NCBI GenBank assembly: GCA_012295275.1
Contig: CM022665.1
Coordinates: forward strand, 15,500,001-15,564,000
Reading direction: 5' to 3'
DNA from: Chrysomallon squamiferum
Lineage: Eukaryota; Animalia; Mollusca
Length of the DNA stretch: 64,000 nucleotides
The stretch's first letter is position 1, and the number at the start of each line of letters is the position of its first letter. Position numbers and translations under genes: made by a program. A model generated the notes under the pieces. The model had not been told where the DNA came from and did not search any database. It worked only from the letters and a program-made list of their open reading frames with translations. Shown here piece after piece: positions 30,031-43,688 of the stretch.

Positions 30031-30989
30031 GCCGTTGTTGCTGTTGTTGTTATGTGCAGGGGTTTTTTCCTTTTTTTTTTTTTTTTTTTTTTTGGCAGAA
30101 CAAGAACACGTTTTAAGACATTGTACGAAGTGCAGAAAAATATGTATCTGTATTGTTTACCCTTGTGTGCGTACATTTATGCGTGGGGATATAGAGGACT
30201 AACCTGACGCATATTCCTTGTTTTGGGGTTAAGAGATGGGGGAAAGAGGATATTCTTTATTGGACTCATCTATTCTGATATTATGGTCCTGGGCAATTTC
30301 CTGATATAACTGGTGCTCAGCTGTGTATTACTAAAAACATGCGCGTTATAAATAAATAACCAAACAAATATACATACAAAAAAAAAAAAAAAAAAAATGC
30401 ATGATTTACATTGTTATAGATCAAGTAAGTATAAATAAATATCCGATAATTGCGCATATTTTATTACCCTTCTAATTAGTTGCGAAGATGCAGTTAATTA
30501 GTTTTCCATTAATCTCTTGCACACGTTTTAATCTGAATACCGTATACTTAATTACTTTATCAAATATATCAGACGGCCAAAAATGGCGAACATACAAAAA
30601 TGTACTGCAAGTTTAATTACATGCTACCTTATTTTGGAATTACCTGTAAATACCGATCATTAGTTTGCGTTTAACAACGCGTACGCTTGAAACTGTTTTA
30701 ACAATACGTTCGTCACCTGGACGCGTGGCAGGAATGTGTATGTACAAGTAATTTATTCACTGAAGGGAGGTAACATAAATTGGGTGTCTTTAATTTATTA
30801 CTGAATCTCAGTGGCGAAAGTAACTCCATGTAAAATGAAAGCTCGATTTCGAGTCATTTTTAGCCGCTAAACGTTTTGCTGTACACACTGTGGTATGTAA
30901 TTACCTGCTTTTCCTCTTTCGCTAAATCTATCGAGTGCGTAACTCACACGTTGCGTTCTTATAACACGTTTTTGATCAACCGTCGTAAG

Positions 30990-31188
30990 CAGGGTCAGAT
31001 TTAACTATAACCTTGAATTTAAAAAAAAAATTAAATTACATTAATGCTTAAGGCCATAGAGACAGATGAGGCCTCCATGAATTTCAGTTCACTTATGCAC
31101 AACCGTATTGTCTTGTTAGTTCCTAATTAAATGGGGCCTCTGAAGTTTTCTACAGCTTAGGGTCTTACCCCATCTAAATCTGATCTTG
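30990..31188. mobile_element. degenerate MITE, probably hAT-derived
   Basis: Terminal inverted repeats cagggtcagattta / taaatctgatcttg (12/14 match), GGCC/GGGGCC-rich interior, and flanking 8-mers gtcgtaag / atcctaat (5/8 match, possibly a decayed TSD). Confidence 0.55.
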
Positions 31189-31601
31189 ATCCTAATAATT
31201 ACCAGCATCTACAAAACCCAGTTTTTTTCAATACACGTACTGGGGAGAACTGCAAGGCTATGGCCACGACAGGCTTGCTTGGACAATTTTCTGATGAAAA
31301 CATGACCTTTATAATTAAACCCTTCTTGTATAAGATTATCTGCGTATTTCTAACCAGTATAACAAACGGCAAAATCCATGAAGTTCTTAGATTTGGACTA
31401 AAATTAAAACTTAACTTTTGATACGTTAATTCATGACTTCGGGCTGTTGTATTTTAAATACGTTTTATTTTAAAATAAAATAAATACATTTTCCTTCATA
31501 AATAAATAAGAGTAATACAGAATAGACAATTAGAATCGTTGTACAGAGAACACGGTATCGCAGTGATTTTATATGAATGTAGTGGAAATAATAATATTAA
31601 C

Positions 31602-31638
<37 letters not shown>

Positions 31639-34600
31639 AATAATAATAATAATAATAATAACAGTTATAATAATAATAATAATAAATAAATAAATAAATA
31701 ACTCCAATTTCTTCAGACCGACATACTTTCTGATAAGAGTAACTAGCAAAGTTCTATAAGATCTGGTAATCATGGATTTTTCTTCTCGTCTGTTTTCAAG
31801 CTAACCCTCTCGCTGTAGAATTTCGCTGTTACTTCCATTGCTAGCAGGTAGAAGTAATGAATTCTGAAGGTGCTCAATTAGCAACTTTAAACAGCTTGCT
31901 AGACAAATCTCAGCCAGGATTAACGCGCGCGTGCTGCAGAAGTCATTTACACAACGCGCAGACGTGAAATCAGCAGGTGTCGTCTGCATTGTATTACTTC
32001 TGTGAAATTTGTTTTGCGATTACTCTTTTTTTTTTTTATGCTTTTCTTTCATTTGCTTGGAATATTTTGCTTACCAATTAAAGTTCCACGACATTTGAAC
32101 AAAAAGTAGCCGTTGTTGACTGTTAATTCTGAATACCTTTTAACAGTTAGCATTTTAACAACGAAAGATCGTGCACCAGTCTTGAAGTCAAATACTGCCT
32201 CTGTTTGCTTTGTGCAATAATATGCTGTACGTGTGCAAACACTGACATTTTTTTCTTTTATTCGTCAGTGTGCTTTTGTAGCTTTAGAAAAATATCTGTA
32301 TATTTTAAATTAGCTTTTATGTTTATTTTATCTTTATTTTATGACTTCATGCAAACTGTAATAGGTTTGATATTAATGGATTTCCAATAGTTTCTTTTTT
32401 TCTCTTCTTTCTTTCATTCTGTGTTCTTTATTTTTGGTTTTCTTTGTTTTTCTTTTTTATGTTACTAAAAAAAAAAAAAAAAAATAAAAAATCAGTAATA
32501 GAATAATCTTTTTTCTGCTAACCTTCTTGTCAGTACATTATCATAAAAAAAATCCCAAAACTACTCATTATTATAGCCTGAAAATACAAATAAACTAAGT
32601 TTCATTAAAAGTTAATGTGTCTTGCAGAATTAAAAGGAGACTTGTAAAATGTTTTTATTTTTTTAATTTTATTTTATTTTCTTTATTTATTTATTATTAT
32701 TATTTTTTTGTTTTTTGTTGCTGTTGTTGTCTGATGTTTCTTTTTCTCCTTTGTTTCTGGCTGGTACAAGATTTTCAGTATATTTCTTTTCGCTAAATTA
32801 AATGTATAAACAACGAAACTGAATAACGTCGCAAGTGGTAAAAATACCAAAGTCATCGACAGGCCGTGTCAACATCAGTGCGGTTCCGCATGAAAAGGAG
32901 GAATTTAACAACCATTTTGTCAAAGGTTGTCTTTACACCTTCATTTGTTTATTAAGGCTTACTAATAATTGTTTTTGCAAGAGGTTTACTGAGTTTCAAT
33001 TGTTTCTTATACATTTGCTCGATGTAAGGGTGGTACTCATAATAAGAAAACATTGCAACAGCTTCATGACAGACCTAAACACATTATTAACATTAGAATC
33101 TGTTTTGTTGACGTGACATATTAAATTCACAATTTAATACTACAGGGAAACCTCTCAAATTGAACCCTCAGTAGAGGAAAATGTTTATGTATCTATTAGT
33201 ACAGAAGAAATCCTTGTAGTAGCAAAACGTATTTTTATAAGCGCATTCCCATAGAAAGGAAAGCACAAACCACGATTTTTAATAAACCAGCCATAAGGAA
33301 CTGACTGGAACGGGGAAATGACCCAATGGGCGCGCCGATGAAGACTGAACGTGCAACCCATCATGCCTCCTACCCACATTCTAACCAGTGGGCCAGACCC
33401 AGTCGTTTAGTAAATAAGTAAAATATATCTTATACGAAAAGAATGTCTGTTTTCTCTCTTTCTTCATAATTTTTTGCAGAGGCGGCATTCCTATTATAAA
33501 AATTTCATATACATAAAGTGGGTGAATTGCTGCAACATAATATGTAAATACTTTTGAAAATAACTTTATTATAACAAGTTATACTTTGGAGAAGCCTTAA
33601 ATATTGACTGCTAGGAAGCTGTTTATAGCTTCAGTGTCCATAAATTTTATATTGGTTTCCTGAGTTTGCCTTTTTTTCAAAGTTGTACGTGGTATCAAGA
33701 CTTTTTATCGCAGATAAGAACTTACACGTTCTTTAAACTTTTACTGGCAGTGTAGTTAAAACCACTGAATTTACTGTGACTAAACAGCTATCGCTTTTAG
33801 TGATTTGCTATTACATAAATAATGCGTAGTTTTACCATTTTTTTTAGTTAATGTTTTTTGTTTCTATTAAGTTTAATCTGCTTTTTGTATGCGTATGTGA
33901 TGGTGTACAAGCGTGTGTTGCTATAAACTATCGTCATTAAAGTGCATTTTCGAGAGTCTTAAAGCATTTAGTTGGGATGGTTTAGTTCAAGATATAACTG
34001 AGTCTGGCATTTAAGGATATCGTAAACTTTCTTGCCGTGACTTATAGTTGTTATTTTCGCCAACGTGATTGCGTATTTATCAAAACAAAATAGTTAGCAC
34101 GACTTCAGTACTGGCTGGCTAAACCTAACATTACATCATTATTCTGAGATTACCGATGTTTATATTATTATCTGAAATTTTCAATTTTTTTATTTTTTAT
34201 TTTTTTTTTTTTTTCATTGTTATTTTTTTACAGTTATTTTTTACTCTTTCTTCAGTTGCCATACTTATTTCCATCACCCTTATTTAGGGTTTTTCTTTCA
34301 TTATTTTCCCTTAACTTATGAATCATCTTATTAATTACACATACACACGCACGCACATTGACACATACACACACGTACACTCATACATAAACACAGACAC
34401 ATTTCATATGTTTAAAACAGATCTCTTCTATTTATTTACAAATTTAACTCAATCTAAAAAATATACATAATCTACATTAAATTTATCGTCTTTATTGTCA
34501 GATTTCACTCATTTTTATCACTTTCATCATCAACTTCGTCAGCATCTTCATCTTTATAATAAGACTTACTGTCATTATTAATCAGTTTTAGAACATAAAC

Positions 34601-34765
34601 ATGTAGTGTGTGTGTCTACGGACGGCACTGCTTGTTATTGTTGTTGTTGTTGTTGTTGCTATTATTATTATTATTATTTACTATTATTATTACCGTTATT
34701 ATCATTATTATTATTATTACTACTACTACTACTGTTAATGTTACTACTACTACTATTAATGTTGA

Positions 34766-34808
<43 letters not shown>

Positions 34809-35055
34809 TTATTTATTATTATCATTTTCTATTTTAATTATTATAATTATTATTTTAATTACTATTATTTTTATTTTTATTTTTATTTTTATTTTTAACT
34901 ATCCAGAATTACAGCGACGCCCACTCGCTATTTCATAAACATTCAGTAAAAAAAAAAAAAAGTATTCACTTAGGTATTCATATTTCTTTTACATATAACT
35001 TTAAATTTTATGATTTATTATAAAAGTAACTGTTTTCTTCTTTCTTTTATTTCAG

Positions 35056-35207
35056 TGACCTTGAACGGCACCTTGAAAGCAAACGACAAAGATGGCGCGG
35101 ACGATTACGTCTCTCGTCATAAAAACTACATTTCGTTTCTTGGTTTTATGTTAGTAGCTGTTAAAAAAGGCGCCGAGAACGAAAGTTACACGTTAGGAAC
35201 GTTCGAC
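35056..35207 (+). CDS. SPON1: spondin-1 coding exon A (Reeler domain; phase 1-0)
   Basis: Acceptor ttttatttcag|, donor |gtaagt. Encodes (V)TLNGTLKANDKDGADDYVSRHKNYISFLGFMLVAVKKGAENESYTLGTFD, with the Reeler F-x-GF-x-L and GTF motifs. Confidence 0.9.
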
Positions 35208-35352
35208 GTAAGTTGTTACCATTTTTCATGATTACAGTTATAAAAAGAGTGAACGTAATAAGCGGCATTGTTTTTACGTGTCAGCTCTTCATTCTGTATT
35301 ACTGTTGTTACGTAGTTACGTAGTATTTAAGTTTTATTATTTATTTATTTTA

Positions 35353-35390
<38 letters not shown>

Positions 35391-37354
35391 TAAATTTTAT
35401 TATTTATTATTATCATTTTTTTATTAGTTTGTTAGTTTATTTACTGCCGCAGTTACTACCACCGCTACTCCTATTTTTCCTGTTAATCTAATACCTCTAT
35501 GATTACTGCTACTACTACTGTTACTACGACTACTACGACTACAACTTCTACTTCTTTTTTCACTTGTACTGCTATTACCACTACAGCTATTACTGTTACA
35601 CTACTACTACTTTACTAAAAATTATATCACTATTACTACTCCTACTAACCCTACTACTGTTGCTAATACTAATACTACTATAACTACTGCTTACCCTACT
35701 ACTACTACTATTCTTTTTACTGTTATACTACCATTACTACCACCTCTTCTCCTATTACTATTGCTATTATACAGCTACAGCTGTTGCTATTACATCTACA
35801 CCGCTAACGTGTTTACATTGTTAGCTGTAGCTAAGCATGAAATTGCGCTTCGCCTTAATGTACGATGCATGACAGAAGCCGCCCATCTCAGTACCTCCAC
35901 ACGTGTGTTGTGTTCCCACGACTAGGTTATCAAATGAGTGTGATCCTGTCTGTGCAAAAGTAGATATAAAAGATTTGTATTTATTTATTTATTAATTATT
36001 GTTTTTTTCTAATCGAGAATAAGGTAGCATTTTTTTTACTGACGGTCTAGTTACGTCAGAATTATAAAAATTAAAATGAATGATATTTAAATCCCTATAA
36101 TAAATAATAATAATAATAATAATAATAACAACAACAATAATTTATGTATTGTAGTAATATTAACAGAAATAAATATGGTTTGTCATAGTTAAGTATAACA
36201 GCTGTTGCCCCAAAAAGATAAAAATTATAATAGGTTTTTTTATTTTTTTATATCTGCGACTTCTTCTAGAACAGCAACGAGAGTAACAGCAACAACAACA
36301 ACAACAACAACAATAGTAACAATGGATATAATGGTGCCCATAATCAGATCTAGTTTTATTGTAGCAGTTCTACTTGACCACATCAAATAAAAAGGGCTAG
36401 CAATATATGTTACAGTTAAAACGTATAATCAGATATTATGCATAATATAATAACTGATTCATCTAGTTGTTTTGTATAATACCAACAGAGAAAACACCGT
36501 ATATGCAAAAGTTCTCTTCACAAGTTTGATACCATTCCAGTTATTATGTCTAAAACGTCAGCTCCAATTTCAGGAATTATGTATAATACCTGAAATGTTC
36601 AGTTGTTGTACGCAGCAGCTAGGTGAATCAGGTGTTATACATGATACCTGGCATTTTCAGGTATTATACATAATAAATGTAACATATACACCCTTTAACA
36701 AAACGAAAAGGAAAGTCTTATTCCCAATAAATTAACAAAGAAAAGAATATCCTTTGTAGTGAGGCCTATAAAAGTGGAAGGAATATTTGAGTACGTTTTT
36801 AAGTAGTGTTAAGAAAATACTACTTTTGATGTTTATCGGTATAAGCGTATCTCCAGATCTTGGGAGTCTACCAGGCTTATTTTTTTTTAAACCTATGGAA
36901 TACAAGAGAAAAAAGAAGAAGAAAAAAAAACACCCACCAAATTAAACACTATTATGTATTATTGTTAAACAATTTTGAAAAAGTGCAGGGTTATTTGCGA
37001 TATATTTAGATATGAACTATTTCATTTACGTTATTTTGTGTTTACTTTGTCGCTGGTTATTTTCAATGAGTTTCTTTATCTTGTTATCTTTCTGACTTTA
37101 AATATTTGATTAGTTTCCAGTGAAGCGTGTCCAAGCTAAACTGTCTTTTTTTTCACTAAGTCATTCCCACGTAGGGTTGTTAATATAATGTCACTGATAA
37201 ACATCTTTAGCATGGGAATTTTATTTTAATGTATTAAATATACAGGTTTATTACACAACTGTGTTCATAAATAAGAAAACAATGGCGTGTGATTCAACTT
37301 AAAAGCATATATAAAGACCCCACACGCAGGCGCACACACACATACACACACAAT

Positions 37355-37490
37355 ACATATATATATATATATACATACATACATACATACATACATACAT
37401 ACATACATACATACATACATACACACACAATACATACATACATACATACATACATACATACATACATACATACATACATACATACATACA
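37355..37490. repeat. (TA)n/(TACA)n microsatellite
   Basis: Seen directly. Confidence 0.95.
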
Positions 37491-38121
37491 TCTCATACAC
37501 ACATATATGCACACTTACATACACACAACATTTTAAATCTTCACTTTTACATTCCTTAAGAAAAATGTAAATTATGTCAACCGACTTTTCATCAACTTCT
37601 GTCTCTCAGTTTCCAATACACTTGTTAACAGAAGAAAAACGTTATAAAAAAAATAAAGAAAGAAAAAATGTAAAAAAAAAAAAAAAAAAAAAAAAGAAAG
37701 AAAGAAATAATAATAAAGAAAAAATTCAATTGATTTATTTCAAAAGATTTCAAAAGAAAGCATTTGTTTGACAAATTGTTTAACCTAATTTTGTTTTGTA
37801 TTTATCTAACTGTGTACTGCGATACACTGCTCGTATTTACTGAGGCAACAGCATCGAATAATTGAATACAAATCGTGATGCACTCGTATTAACTTGAGTT
37901 CCCGGTCCATTATGAAAGGCTTTGCACAACGGTTTTATCATATGCAATATTTGCTGTACAGAGTTGTAGCATGTGTGAGATTTTTCTCTGAATAGCAAAG
38001 AGACAACTGTAAAGCAAAGCAGTTTATACTGACAGTTATTATGTTAGGATTTGGCAAAGAATTTGAGAATAGGTAAAAATTAAAAATGTGAGTAAAAAGA
38101 ATATTTTGTTTAACTGTTTGA

Positions 38122-38158
<37 letters not shown>

Positions 38159-38847
38159 TCTAAAAATTGTTGTACTACTCCTGCTACTGCTTCTACTGCG
38201 ATTATGTTACACAATCGCACACATCCACATAACTTTCGTTGTAACGCATACGAGCGTTATTTGACCTCATTGCAAAAACAATCTGCTTGAAGCAGACGAC
38301 ATTATTCGAAGTAGCAGACGTCAACATTCATTTTTATAATAATCGGACTTCAAACTTTTCTTTCATCGGACGCATTCGGCTGGAATTATTTAGATGCTTA
38401 TAAAAAGATGTACTGAAACGACACTTTTAAACTTTTTACTTCGGCTTAACCTTTCGAATACCAAACAAAAAGTCAGAACATTTCCAACCGAGTTTTCTTT
38501 TTATTTCGTATCCAAGCTGAAAAGTATAGCAATAGTATTTTCCTTTCAGTATTTTCGGGCAGGATATGAAATTATTAAAGAGATGAATGGTAGACGCAAA
38601 TTACCTTTTATATCTTTTGTTAATAAATGATACAGGTGTGTCGTTTCCGACAAATGATTATTATTACTGCTCTTCTTATTATTATCGTCATCGCCATTGC
38701 TTTCTTAACAATCACTGTTAAAGTTAATGTTGCTGCTGTTCTTCTTCTTCTTTTTGTCTTTTTTTTTTTCTTATTGCTGTTGTTATTGGCGGTAGTAGTA
38801 GTAGCAGCAGTAGTAGTGTAAGTGTTAGTAATAATAGTAATAGTAGC

Positions 38848-38890
<43 letters not shown>

Positions 38891-39685
38891 GTAGTAGTAG
38901 TTGTAGTAGTAGTAGTAGTAGTGGCGGTAGTGATGGTACAGTGGTAGTAGTTGCATTAGTTGGAATACATCCTTATCATTATCGTTATCACTATATTGAT
39001 ATTATCACTAAAATACTGATGTGTATACAGACACATTAAAAACTCACATGTGCACAGTGCTATCACAGTACAATTATCATCACCCCTTCTTTTTCTAATA
39101 ACTTTAAAGTTAAAAGTCTATTTTACCCATCTCGCAAAGCAATCGTTTTGCTACTGTTGTTGTAGTTGTTGTTTAACATAATTATAATTTGCTACGACCG
39201 TTTCATTAATAAGCGTTATCAAAATCCAACATCACACTCAAGATGGCTGTACTTTCTGACTGAAAACTAAGCCGCCATTTTGGCGATCTGTAATTCACAA
39301 GACGTTATCATTATTTACATGTAATGTCTGTCGCTCTGTGTCTTTGATGCGACACTTCTTCCATAATATTCTAATCCCAGTTAATCCTCTCGGGACGCAT
39401 AATTCACTCAGGTATTCTGTGTGCATGCGCGAGGGATTAACGGGCGGCCATCAACAAATCATCTTTAAAGCTTAGATAAAATCATACATATGTAAAGTTC
39501 ATTCATCACAGTGGTGTGTTCATTTCTGCTAATCTGTTTTGGACAAATTTCTCTGGCCCATGCTAGGCATACTTAAGCAGTAATAATAGTAATAGTTATA
39601 TTAGTCGTGGTATTCAGCAGCATCATTATATCTTAGAGAGATAAAAAGAAAATAATAATAATAATTTAAAAAATTTATTTTGCAG

Positions 39686-39834
39686 ACGAAAAAATTTCAT
39701 GGTCGAGCGAGGAACCTTGCAAACGACAAAACCTGTGACCATGACGTCATGTCCCACCATTACCTCATCAAGAAGAAGGACATCAAAATGCTATGGATCG
39801 CACCAGAATCCGGTTCCGGTTGCGTTGAATTCAG
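39686..39834 (+). CDS. SPON1: spondin-1 coding exon B (Reeler; phase 0-2)
   Basis: ttttgcag| ... ag|gtattg. Encodes TKKFHGRARNLANDKTCDHDVMSHHYLIKKKDIKMLWIAPESGSGCVEF(R), with the Reeler W-x-AP-xx-G-x-GCV-x-F motif. Confidence 0.93.
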
Positions 39835-39973
39835 GTATTGGGGAAATAATTTTTTATTTTTGTTTTTATTTTATTTTTAAGCACATCTGTATTTGAGGAC
39901 TGCTCATATATGATTGTTATTGGCACCATCTCTGACTTCACCAAAGAATTATGCCCAAGAAAAGATTCGTTGA

Positions 39974-39976
<3 letters not shown>

Positions 39977-40042
<66 letters not shown>
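39977..40042. repeat. (GT)n microsatellite
   Basis: Seen directly. Confidence 0.97.
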
Positions 40043-40044
<2 letters not shown>

Positions 40045-40939
40045 ATTAAAGTTTTCAAGGGCAGCTTCTTATTCAGGAACAACTTCAGTTGAAATTAATG
40101 TGTTTTGTTTTTGTCCACATTTGCTTGTTTTCACTGACGTCACGCTGTTTTGTTATAAATCCCATTTTACAATGGGCAACAAACATTTTGTTTTCTGTGA
40201 ATGTAACATTCAATTGGCAAACGATTCAGCAGTAAGTTAATTAAATCATTTTTGTGGAATTAAAATGGCGTATTTACCTTAAATTTATTGAACAAAAATG
40301 TGCTTCACGTGTAAACAATATGATACTGAGACCGTAAGACTTTAATTATTCATTTATACATATACACACATACACAGAGAGAAACATGAATAATAGAGAA
40401 GTACATGTATTTATTAAGAAGGTATCATATAATAAAAGGTAGGTATCCCTTACGAAGACGAAAGGGACATTTATCTTATTAATGACATCAACAAAGTACG
40501 TTTTAGCCATAATTCACTAGATTGGTTCTGATTTTTATTGGATTTATAATACATTCAAACACAAGACAGACCGAGAAATCCCATAAACAGAAGACAGATG
40601 ATTGATGTGTGACGTTCTTTTATTGCACGATTAATGATAAATAGTTCTTCAACACGTGCTGTCTCATTCTAACACGGATGTCGTAAAGCATAAACTCTGA
40701 TGTGGTCTGCTCAATAAATTTTCTCTTTGAAAACAACACGACTTGTAATTAATTGACTGACGATTATAAAAACCAGACCGCAGTGAACTGGGATTAGATT
40801 ATGAACGAAATAAATAAATAAATAAATAAGAAAATACAAGTAAATAAGTAAACAATTAAATAAACAAACAAACAAACAAACAAGTAAATAAATAAATAAA
40901 TATATAAGTTATGGCCCACAATCTCGACTTAAATTCAGA

Positions 40940-41480
40940 TTTTTATTTTATTTATTTATTCTTTTTTTTTATCATTTCCTATTTTAATGCCTTCCTCGTT
41001 TTCTTTTCTTATTTTTTAAATCATTCTTCTTCTCTTCCATTTTCTACGTATCCATTTTTCTCTCTTCTTTTTCTTGTGTCTGATTTTTTGGTTCTTCTTA
41101 AATTTTCATCCTTTCGTTTTTTTAGTAGTCTTTATTTCTCTTAATTTCTGCTTTTTCTCCTTTCACTTTCTTCCTTTCCTTTCTTCCTTATTTTCAGATT
41201 CTATTCTTAGTTTCTCTTCACTTTTTTCTTATTCTTTTACTGTACGTTTTATTTTCCTTTTCTTTTTTCATCATTTATTTCTTATTAGTCACCTCATTAT
41301 CTTTTGCTGTTATTCTATTTCGTATTGTTCTTCATTTTTCTACTTTTTCTCTTCTTGTTTGACTTCATACATATCCTTTTTTTTTTTTCTTTATATTTCT
41401 TCGTCTGATATTTTCGACTTTTTCTCCTTTTCATATACTACTATTTTCTCCATCTTCTTCTCTCTAATGCTGTAATTTTA
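40940..41480. repeat. decayed T/C-rich low-complexity tract (similar tract at ~46680-47200)
   Basis: Long TTC/TTTC-rich run that produces spurious Phe/Ser-rich ORFs. Confidence 0.75.
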
Positions 41481-41937
41481 TTTTGTCTTTAATTTACAGA
41501 TCAGCTTTAGAAGACACTCTCTTATTAGCATATGTTAATAATCCATATCAGTTATCTTTGTTTACGTAACATTAAAAAGAATTGTACTGAAATCTATTTT
41601 ACATCAAAGTAAAGAACACACCTGCAGTGGTATAATTTTCTTGTTTCTCACCTCCAAATAAATATCTGATAGCAGAGTATTATTATGTATTTGATTTTAT
41701 CCGTGACTACCTCCTTGTAAATCAAAGTGAGGTGTTAATTTGTGACATAGATACCTTTTGTTAGAATACGCCGTAAGTGAAATGGCCTTTTAAAAGATAC
41801 ATACGAGTGAATTACTCTTAAAAGTGATGTGAGCGAGATGTGTCTGCGGCAGACAGCCAAAATGAACTGATGACTTAATACTGGCATTTGAATGTAAGAT
41901 AAACCTTTAGATAAAGGTAAGAAACAAATTTACACAC

Positions 41938-41983
<46 letters not shown>

Positions 41984-43596
41984 TCACACGCGTATGAAAT
42001 GATGGCGTAAAACTGACATTTGAATGTAAGAAACATTGAGATTAAGGTAAAAAAAAAAAAAAAAGGATTTGTACACACCCACACGCACATCCACCTGAAT
42101 TAAATTGTGTCTTTTCACGTTCATTAAAAAAAGAGTAAATTTTAACAAGTAAACGAATATTCAAGTTCATATAAAATACGGAGTAAAAAAATAAAAAAAA
42201 TAAAAAAATTATCAGTATACTAAAACCATGTATATATATATCTTCATGCAAAACGCTTTAAGATAAACTTACACTTTATTCTTCTTTTTCTTCAGTCATT
42301 TGAATACACCTTGATAATATTTACATTCTTCATTAAGAAAAAAAAAAAAAAAAAAAAATGTACACCTCATCTTACATAGAGAAAATAAAATAGAAATAAA
42401 CTGCATACTCTGCATACTGTTAATGGAAAAGAGTGTCATATGTCAGTATCAGGTTTCTTCTCCCGTATTATCAGTGTATAAATCCTCCATATGTTTCGTA
42501 TCTAATAACCATCAGCATTAAACTGGGTTGAGGTGTTTGTCATTTCAAACATTTTCTGAATACAAGTGAAAAGCATATATCTAGCAGGTGTTGAAAAATT
42601 AGGCTTAATTCAGATTCCAGTTCAATAGTCGTTTGATTTATCACTTGATGAGATACGAGGAATTAAGTTGTACCCTTAAATATATTAATTAAACACAAGG
42701 ATTTCTTTCTTACGGAATCGTCATAAAAAAGTTACATAATACTCAACGATTCATAATTCAGCTTATGATATGCAATGTCATAAAAATTAAAGAAATTAAA
42801 AAAAAAAAAAAAAAAAATGGAAAGAACGAATGAATGAATGATCGAATAAACGAACGAATTAACTATTAAACGACTGAATTAATTAATTAATTCATGTCTA
42901 AGGATATTTCAGTCCATAAAGAAATTAATGTTAGGTACCATGGAAAGTAAAAGGTAACTGGTCGCATACTCTTTATTTGGTCGTTTATTAACGGTTCTGC
43001 TTTTGACGGTTTGCCTTTATAACGATTATTGTAAATGTTTTTAGTCTGATAACGTATCACACAGATAGAAACAGTTTGAAACTAACAACATCGAGAGACT
43101 TTAAAATCCGCGAGACTCGGATGCAGCTGTCCAATTAAAAATGTTCTGTTATCTTTATAAAATATCTATTAACTTATTATAAAAGTGCTTTATCTCCACA
43201 AATATATTTTATCTTTATAAATTTCGTTTATATCTTTGTAATGCTTTATATGTTATCGAATTTTTTTTTTATAATATATATATATATATATAAGAATGTA
43301 TATTTAAAAACAAGGTAAGTATTAATACAAAAATATTCTTTTTATTTATTTTATTTTATTTTTTAAGTTTATTTTTATTTTTTGTAATTATTATTGTTGT
43401 TTTATTTGTTTATTAATATATTTTTTGTCGCAAAAGTCGTAAATGTTAACATTACCTAACAAATAAGTGAAATACATACAGCTGAACAGTCACTTTAAAA
43501 ACATTGAACTCAAAATAAAACAAAACAAAACAGTATAAGGCAACATAAAATCAAATCAAATCAAATAAATATAAAAAACAACTTTGTTTTATTGTT

Positions 43597-43600
<4 letters not shown>

Positions 43601-43685
<85 letters not shown>
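43601..43685. repeat. (CT)n microsatellite
   Basis: Seen directly. Confidence 0.97.
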
Positions 43686-43688
<3 letters not shown>

